32,000 nt of DNA from Dehalococcoidia bacterium. GTDB lineage: Bacteria > Chloroflexota > Dehalococcoidia > Lucifugimonadales > Lucifugimonadaceae. How positions within the stretch are numbered: position 1 is the first letter of the stretch; every line of letters begins with the position of its first letter. The stretch covers positions 676,224 through 708,223 of the forward strand of contig OZ220681.1 in assembly GCA_965116375.1 (NCBI GenBank), read 5' to 3'. The notes under the pieces are model-generated. The model searched no databases and had not been told where the DNA came from. It saw nothing but the letters and a program-made list of their open reading frames with translations. Positions 18,396-24,173 of this stretch are shown here, in pieces. A program made the translations under genes and the position numbers.

Positions 18396-19691
18396 TTGAA
18401 CTTCGTCAAACGCGGCCCCGGAGATGGCCAGCCCCCTTTCTACTACGGCTGGGTGATCGTCTATGTCATGGCCTCCGCCGGCGCCGTGAGCATGGCGATG
18501 GGATCGCTGAACTTCGGTCTGTTCATCAAGCCGATGGGAGACGAACTGGGCATCGGCCGCGCCTACTTCGGCTGGGCCCAGACGGCCCGCCAGGTTTCGA
18601 GCTCCGTGACCAGCCCGACCGTAGGATGGCTGCTCGACCGTTACGGCTCCCGTGTATTGCTGCCCGTCGCCGCCACCATTACGGGGATCGCCATGGTCCT
18701 GCTCGCAAACGTCACCACCGAGTGGCACCTGGTGGCGCTTTTTGCGCTCATGGGCCTCGTCGGGTTGAGCGGCCCCGGCGCTCTGGTCACCTCAGTTCCG
18801 GTACTCAAATGGTTCGTTCGCCGGCGCGGCGCCGCGGTCGCCTTTGTCGGACTTGGCATCCCGGTGGGCGCCATGATCTTCGTGCCGCTCACCCAGTACT
18901 TCATCGATACCTGGGGCTGGCGCACCGCGTGGATCGTGCTGGCCTGCCTGGGCATAGGCATCATCGTTCCCTTGTCACTGATATTCGTGCGCCGGCGTCC
19001 GGAGGACATGGGTCTTCGGCCCGACGGCCTGCCTTCCAATACCAGGCGTGAACTTGCTACAGGCGCTTCCGACGAGTCACGGGAAGGGGCGGAGATTTCG
19101 TGGACGTCACGGCAAGCCATGCGGACGTTCCCTTTCTGGAGTCTCGTTGTCGTCTTCAGCATGGTGGCGCTGGCAACAGGCACTGTCGCGCTGCACAGGA
19201 TCGCGGCATTCATGGACCGGGGCCTCGATCCCGGCCTGGTCGCGCTCGCCACAGCGTTCGATGCGGTCTGCGCGGGAGTGGCCACATTCGCGTTCGGGAT
19301 GCTCGTAAGGCGGGTCCCCGTGAGAGTCCTCGGCGCGGTGGGCTTTTGTTTCCTCGGGCTCGCGAGCGTAATGACGATCTATGCAGACTTCGTGTCGCTG
19401 ATGTTCATTTCGATGGCAGTCTTCGGCCTTGGCATCGGCGGTATGATGTTTCTCCAGAACTACGTGTGGGCGGACTACTTCGGACGGGAGTACGTCGGCA
19501 GTATCAGGGGCATTGTTGCGCCGATTACGCTTACTCTCGGCGGAATCGGACCCCCGTTGGCCGGTTACATCCGAGACTGGACCGGCACCTACAACCCGGT
19601 CTGGTGGGCAGGCGTGTGCCTGATGTTCCTCGCTGCCCTGGTATTCCTCGCCACCAAAGCGCCGCGGAAAACGCCGGACGAAACGGGCTGA
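18396..19691 (+). CDS. MFS transporter
   Basis: 431 aa, about 12 hydrophobic segments, GWLLDRYGSR (MFS motif A-like). Confidence 0.8.
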   Translation: MNFVKRGPGDGQPPFYYGWVIVYVMASAGAVSMAMGSLNFGLFIKPMGDELGIGRAYFGWAQTARQVSSSVTSPTVGWLLDRYGSRVLLPVAATITGIAMVLLANVTTEWHLVALFALMGLVGLSGPGALVTSVPVLKWFVRRRGAAVAFVGLGIPVGAMIFVPLTQYFIDTWGWRTAWIVLACLGIGIIVPLSLIFVRRRPEDMGLRPDGLPSNTRRELATGASDESREGAEISWTSRQAMRTFPFWSLVVVFSMVALATGTVALHRIAAFMDRGLDPGLVALATAFDAVCAGVATFAFGMLVRRVPVRVLGAVGFCFLGLASVMTIYADFVSLMFISMAVFGLGIGGMMFLQNYVWADYFGREYVGSIRGIVAPITLTLGGIGPPLAGYIRDWTGTYNPVWWAGVCLMFLAALVFLATKAPRKTPDETG

Positions 19692-19765
19692 GCCACGTTC
19701 CCTCCAGCAAAACGAGGCTTTGGAACACGAACGACTTTAGGCGTCGGCGCCGATGTCTCCACCCC

Positions 19766-20749
19766 TTACGTCAGCCCCGTCCGCCGGGCGGCCCACTCAC
19801 GCGCGACCACGCCCTGCGCATCCTGGAACGCGCGCACCGTCGGCAGTCCCGGTGGCGGCGGCTGAACGGCATGGTGGGTGAAGAACCCGGCTATCGCCAC
19901 CACCGCCGCGGTGATGGCGTCGCTGTCTGCGGTGTGGCATGCGAAGTGCCTGGAGATCACCTCCTCGGGATGCGGCCCACCCTGCATCGTCACGCTGGGC
20001 GCAAACGCCACTACGTCGAGCCACGCTGGACCGACAAGAGCGTGTGGCCAGTCGACGAACCACGTACGTTCCGGCGTGACCAGGATGTTGTCCGCCCTGA
20101 TGTCGAGGTTCAGCAGCGTGTCGCCTTCCAGTACGCCACCGGCTGCGTCATCGATGGCAACCAACCTCTCCAGGTTTCGGCGCGACCACTCGTCCAGATC
20201 ACCAAGCCGGGACGGCCGTTCGTCCAGCAGTGGCCGCCAGCCGCGGATGGTCGTCGCGAACATGTCGCTTGCCGTCCCGGCCGATGTGAGTGGCGAGGGC
20301 GTAAGCAACCTGCCCAGGTCCTCCATTGCCGCGACCACTCGATCGAGTTCGTCAGTCCGCCACGGCTGCGTCGGGTGACGGCCATCCACGTCTTCGAAAA
20401 CGAGCGCAATCCAACCGCCTTCGCCTTCGTCGTAGGACCACATTAGCCGCGGGACCGGAGCGCCACGGGGCATGGCAGCCATAACCTTGGCTTCGCGCCG
20501 GTGCATCCCGGGCGTGTCCCGGTTGGGTTCAGGCCCTACCGCCTTGACGAAGAAACGCCGGCCGTCGTCCACCGTCAGCCGCGCCGCCACCCCGGGCGAA
20601 AAGCCGGTGGGCTGCGTAACCGCGTCCACGACACCGCCTCCAAGCCATCGTTCGATCTCGGCGCGCACGCGCCTTGGCATGTCCGCCCACTCAACCCTGA
20701 CGCCGCGGTCCGGCGGAGGGCCTGTCCCCTGAGGCCTTTTGTCGCTCAT
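19766..20749 (-). CDS. Phosphotransferase-family (APH/choline-kinase-like) kinase
   Basis: FFVKAV (Lys region), catalytic-loop-like LNLDIRADNILV, and FVDWPHA (DW metal-binding motif). Start taken at the ATG that overlaps the upstream gene stop (ATGA); the track ORF extends to 20887. Confidence 0.7.
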   Translation of the reverse strand: MSDKRPQGTGPPPDRGVRVEWADMPRRVRAEIERWLGGGVVDAVTQPTGFSPGVAARLTVDDGRRFFVKAVGPEPNRDTPGMHRREAKVMAAMPRGAPVPRLMWSYDEGEGGWIALVFEDVDGRHPTQPWRTDELDRVVAAMEDLGRLLTPSPLTSAGTASDMFATTIRGWRPLLDERPSRLGDLDEWSRRNLERLVAIDDAAGGVLEGDTLLNLDIRADNILVTPERTWFVDWPHALVGPAWLDVVAFAPSVTMQGGPHPEEVISRHFACHTADSDAITAAVVAIAGFFTHHAVQPPPPGLPTVRAFQDAQGVVAREWAARRTGLT

Positions 20750-21489
20750 TCTCCCTGACCCACCCTTTCGTACACCGGCACATGCGAGCGACTCTCCGCC
20801 ATAAACGGCGAGCCTCGCCAGTCGGCCCACCTGTCGCGGAGACTCAGTCCGGCCAGCCGCGCCATCAGGTCCAACTCCGACGGCCACGCGTAACGCAGCC
20901 TCCCGGGATAAATCCGGATACCCTCTTCCGTCACGTGCAGGTGGCGGAAGTCCACCGCCTGGTTGACGGGGTCGTGGACCGACACGTCCAGGCGGACGGA
21001 GGCCACGTCGGGCAGGCTCGCGCTCAGGCGCCGGCCCCTGTCGAACATGGAAACGTCCGGCACAAAGGCGTGAATCAAGAAGACGCCGGACTCACCAAGC
21101 CGCGAAGCGACGTTTTCGAAGCACCTGGCCTGCTCCTCCTGGGAAGTCAACATGAAAAATGTGTTCGAAACGACGAACACAAGCGAGAAGTCGCCTTTCA
21201 CGTCTACGTCCGCGAAGTCGCCGATGGTCACCGTTATCCTCTCAGCGCCTTGTTTGGCCCGAAGGCGATCAACCATCGCGCTCGAAGAGTCGATCCCATG
21301 CACCTCGACATCCCGTTCGGCCAGCGGAAGCGCGAACGTCCCTGTCCCAATCCCCAATTCGAGCGCCCGGCCACCGGCCGCAGACTGCTCAAGCAAGTCC
21401 ACACACTCGGATACGTCTATCGGTCGATAGATTTCGTCGTAAACGTCGGCGATCCGGTCCCCGTAAGTCGAAGCTGTGTACCCCTTCAT
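20746..21489 (-). CDS. Class I SAM-dependent methyltransferase
   Basis: Motif I ALELGIGTGTFALPLA and post-I acidic HGIDSS. Start at the ATG preceded by AAGGAA (8 nt). Confidence 0.8.
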   Translation of the reverse strand: MKGYTASTYGDRIADVYDEIYRPIDVSECVDLLEQSAAGGRALELGIGTGTFALPLAERDVEVHGIDSSSAMVDRLRAKQGAERITVTIGDFADVDVKGDFSLVFVVSNTFFMLTSQEEQARCFENVASRLGESGVFLIHAFVPDVSMFDRGRRLSASLPDVASVRLDVSVHDPVNQAVDFRHLHVTEEGIRIYPGRLRYAWPSELDLMARLAGLSLRDRWADWRGSPFMAESRSHVPVYERVGQGE

Positions 21490-21520
21490 GAACCGATTCC
21501 TTTCCCAATTCCGCTGCAAA

Positions 21521-21551
21521 TCAAAAAGGCCTCCCGTTTTGGGGAGGCCTT
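21521..21551 (-). terminator. Intrinsic terminator (minus strand) between the SMT-like gene and the methyltransferase gene
   Basis: 10-bp stem aaggcctccc/gggaggcctt with a 6-nt loop. On the minus strand it is followed by TTTTTGATTT. Confidence 0.65.
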
Positions 21552-21751
21552 CGCTCGGACTATGACTGTTCTGTAGCTAGATTCTCCCCAACGTGAAGCG
21601 CAAGGGCGCCGGCGCCGTTGTGGCGTTCATAGTGGAAATCAGGAGGTGTCCAGCCATCGGTCTAGTTCCAGGTTGCCGCTCACGCATTACGCCGGATGTG
21701 TCCGCCCAAGCCTGCGTCCTTCGATTGTATGAAATCCAGGCTCGTTCTGCG

Positions 21752-22810
21752 CTACCCCGGTTTGCGGGCGTGGATGAAGTACATCGGCGTGAAGATGCCG
21801 AGCCGGCCCGCCTCGACCATGGCGTCCGCACAACGGTTCAGCGCCTCCGATACGCGGACCGATCCCTTCGGCGCGATGCGAAGCACTTCAAGCGTCCTCA
21901 GCAGATTCTGCGTGGACCAGCGTCCGACCCGCGAACTGCGAAATGCGGCCACTGATATACCCGAACCGACCAGGGGTTCGTACCACGGAATCGACGGCCC
22001 GGTCTGTTCAGTAAGGTCCCTGGTTTCCAACACCTCGAACCCCACTGTTCGAAGCGCGTCATCAACCGTTTGCCTGTCGTCGATGTCGAGCAGGCCGCCT
22101 CCCAGTTCTATGTCTGCTTTGATCTCGAGATGCTTGGGGTCCTGGGCATCGAACCGTTCAGTCAAGCAGTATTCATAGTTGGCGAAGCACGTGCCCGGCT
22201 TCAGCAAACGAAAGGCCTCGGCGTAGACGCTGAGTTTGTCCGGCGCGCAACAAGTGGCTTCGATACCGTACACGGCGTCGAACGATTCGTCGGGAGCATC
22301 CACGTTCAAGAAGTCGCAGTGCAGGAAATCGACCAGGTGTGTCACTTCCGCTTCTTCAGCCAGCCTGCGGGCACGTTCGAGCTGATACGCATTGCTGTTT
22401 ACGCCTACGATCCTGGCGCCGGAAAAACGGGCGATCTCCAATAGTGGCCCGCCGATGCCGCAACCCAGATCGGCAACGCGCATCCCGGGCCTGAGCCCGA
22501 GCATGAGGGCCAAATAGTGCTCGTGGCGCGTAAGCGATGCCTTGAAGCTCTCACCGGGAACGCGCGGGGCAAAGTGAAAGGATTTGCCCCATCCATACTC
22601 ATAGAAGTCAGAAACCAGGTCATAGTAGAGGTCAGTGAAGTCCTTGACATCACGCTCTTTGGCTTCCCATTCGCCGCGCTTGCCCTTCCCATAACGGTCC
22701 TCGTATTCGCGGACGGCAGAAGCGCTCAATCTTCCCTTCAGGAGTTTGGAGAGCTTGAATGCCATCAAAACGTGCTCGGACTGACTATAGACCGGGATAG
22801 CCCCGGCCAT
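21752..22810 (-). CDS. Sterol C-24 methyltransferase-like SAM methyltransferase (Erg6/SMT1 homologue)
   Basis: End-to-end resemblance to Erg6/SMT1: DFYEYGWGKSFHF, GESFKASLTRHEHYLA, DLGCGIGGPLLEIARFSG, YGIEATCCAP, LKPG, IELGGG, GFEVL, IPWYEPL, APKGS, and FTPMYFIHARKP at the C-terminus. Start uncertain (ATG 22810 or 22765). The track ORF to 23080 overlaps the next gene. Confidence 0.85.
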   Translation of the reverse strand: MAGAIPVYSQSEHVLMAFKLSKLLKGRLSASAVREYEDRYGKGKRGEWEAKERDVKDFTDLYYDLVSDFYEYGWGKSFHFAPRVPGESFKASLTRHEHYLALMLGLRPGMRVADLGCGIGGPLLEIARFSGARIVGVNSNAYQLERARRLAEEAEVTHLVDFLHCDFLNVDAPDESFDAVYGIEATCCAPDKLSVYAEAFRLLKPGTCFANYEYCLTERFDAQDPKHLEIKADIELGGGLLDIDDRQTVDDALRTVGFEVLETRDLTEQTGPSIPWYEPLVGSGISVAAFRSSRVGRWSTQNLLRTLEVLRIAPKGSVRVSEALNRCADAMVEAGRLGIFTPMYFIHARKPG

Positions 22811-22922
22811 CGAAACGGGCGGCCTTGGACATTCTAATCGTCGACGCGACGGCTGGGTTGGCCCGCCGGGAAATGCTGGATCCCAGTCACTGTCCGCGGC
22901 AGCACGATCCGCGGATCGGACG

Positions 22923-23366
22923 CTACAGAGTGTCGAATCCCTCCCACCCGGGCAGCGCCGCCGATTGCAGGACCCACTCCGCCATCTGCTCCTCATCGAG
23001 TTCGCCCTCGTATATGTCGACCCATCGAGCGTCGGGGTCCTTGCCCGAGCCGGGCGGCTCAGGCCGCAGCGATGCCCCATTCAAAAAGGTCACCTTCACG
23101 TAACGGGTGAAGACGTGGTAGCTCGCAAACCACCCCATGCCCTCGATTCCATACCACGGCGAATTCCACCGGACGGCTTTTCGCACGTCGGGCACAGTGC
23201 GCACGATCAGGTCATCCAGGCGCCTCCCAACGTCGCTCTTCCACCCTGGCATCGCCGCAATGTAAGCCTGCACGGGCGCATCCCCGTCTGCCTTCGCGAT
23301 CTGCGGGTTGCCGCCCGAAAGCAGCACCGCCTTCTTGGCTTTGGACTTCGACGATTTGGCGGGCAT
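22923..23366 (-). CDS. DUF1801 (YdhG-like) domain protein
   Basis: 147 aa. VQAYIAAMPGWKSDVGRRLDDLI...AVRWNSPWY pattern of DUF1801. SD GGAGAG 7 nt upstream. Confidence 0.75.
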   Translation of the reverse strand: MPAKSSKSKAKKAVLLSGGNPQIAKADGDAPVQAYIAAMPGWKSDVGRRLDDLIVRTVPDVRKAVRWNSPWYGIEGMGWFASYHVFTRYVKVTFLNGASLRPEPPGSGKDPDARWVDIYEGELDEEQMAEWVLQSAALPGWEGFDTL

Positions 23367-23489
23367 CGCATACTCTCCAATCCGCGGTTGGCGCTGACCG
23401 GTTGGCCGAGGGTTGCTGTGTTTCTTCGGAAAACGCTATTGCGTGAACCGGAACATTCTTCCTCTGATAATAGGCGGTTCTACGGTAAT

Positions 23490-23519
23490 GTCATTTCGAG
23501 CGAAGCCGGGAAATCTGAG
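23490..23519 (+). repeat. Hairpin repeat family 1 copy (GTCATYYYGAGCGMAGCCGRRRRATCTGAG)
   Basis: gtcATTTCgagcgaagccggGAAATctgag. The 5-nt arms are perfectly complementary. Confidence 0.7.
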
Positions 23520-23633
23520 TCAGCCGCTAACAGAAACGGCCCGATCCACAACCGCCCCGGTGCTCCCCCATCGTCCTACCCGCCGAAGAACTTCATCCCA
23601 TGCCCCCTTACTGGCATCTCTAGCCCCCTTACT

Positions 23634-23663
23634 GTCATCCCGAGCGAAGCCGAGCGATCCGAA
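23634..23663 (+). repeat. Hairpin repeat family 1 copy (degenerate 3' arm)
   Basis: gtcatcccgagcgaagccgagcgatccgaa. Preceded by a local duplication ccccttactgGcatc / ccccttactgTcatc. Confidence 0.6.
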
Positions 23664-23837
23664 CCGCCCTTTTACCGTGCACTTCGTACTCGACAAACCC
23701 TTTCTGCACCACTCCGCTACCAACACCATCTTTTGTACCCGCCGTACCAGACCACACCCGTCATTCCAGTCCCCGTTCACCTACCCTCACCCCAACGGCA
23801 TTCACAAACCCCGAACTCCCACCAAACCCCCCGTAGC

Positions 23838-23856
23838 GGCGGGTCTCAGACCCGCC
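23838..23856. repeat. Palindromic hairpin (family 3-like)
   Basis: ggcgggtct-c-agacccgcc, perfect 9+9 palindrome. Confidence 0.6.
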
Positions 23857-23946
23857 TGGGCCAGGGCGCGGCGTTACCCGTGCACCTCCTACGTCTCCAC
23901 GAGCAGATGGGGAAGGTGTGGGTAAGCCGCGATGGTTCCGCGCCCG

Positions 23947-23980
23947 ACCGTGGGTACCGGATCAAGTCCGGCAAGTCGAA
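23947..23980 (+). repeat. Hairpin repeat family 2 copy
   Basis: accgtgggtaccggatcaagtccggcaagtcgaa, 32/34 identical to 24125..24158. Confidence 0.75.
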
Positions 23981-24031
23981 TTGGGCTGGGTATCAGAGTC
24001 GTGCGTGGGGTAGCCGCGCCCGTCCTTTGCC

Positions 24032-24063
24032 CCGTGGCTACCGGGTGTCCCCGGTACGACGAA
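24032..24063 (+). repeat. Hairpin repeat family 2 copy (diverged)
   Basis: ccgtggctaccgggtgtccccggtacgacgaa. Same frame of conserved flanks, stem ACCGGG/CCCGGT. Confidence 0.55.
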
Positions 24064-24124
24064 AAAGGGGGTGGGTCTGTCGGCTGGGAGTTGTAGATGT
24101 CGTGCGTACCCACCTCCACGCCCC

Positions 24125-24158
24125 ACCGTGGGTACCGGATCGAGTCCGGCAAGTCGAG
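24125..24158 (+). repeat. Hairpin repeat family 2 copy
   Basis: accgtgggtaccggatcgagtccggcaagtcgag. Confidence 0.75.
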
Positions 24159-24173
24159 TAAGGGTGGACGCGG

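Noticed and set aside
22965-24161. 398-aa plus-strand ORF (and nested 23413..23925) spanning the repeat mosaic
   Set aside because: Its first part is antisense to the DUF1801 gene. The rest is Pro/Arg/Ser low-complexity sequence produced by reading through hairpin repeats (e.g. VISSEAGKSE, VIPSEAERSE, WVPDRVRQVE). No start context and no domain.
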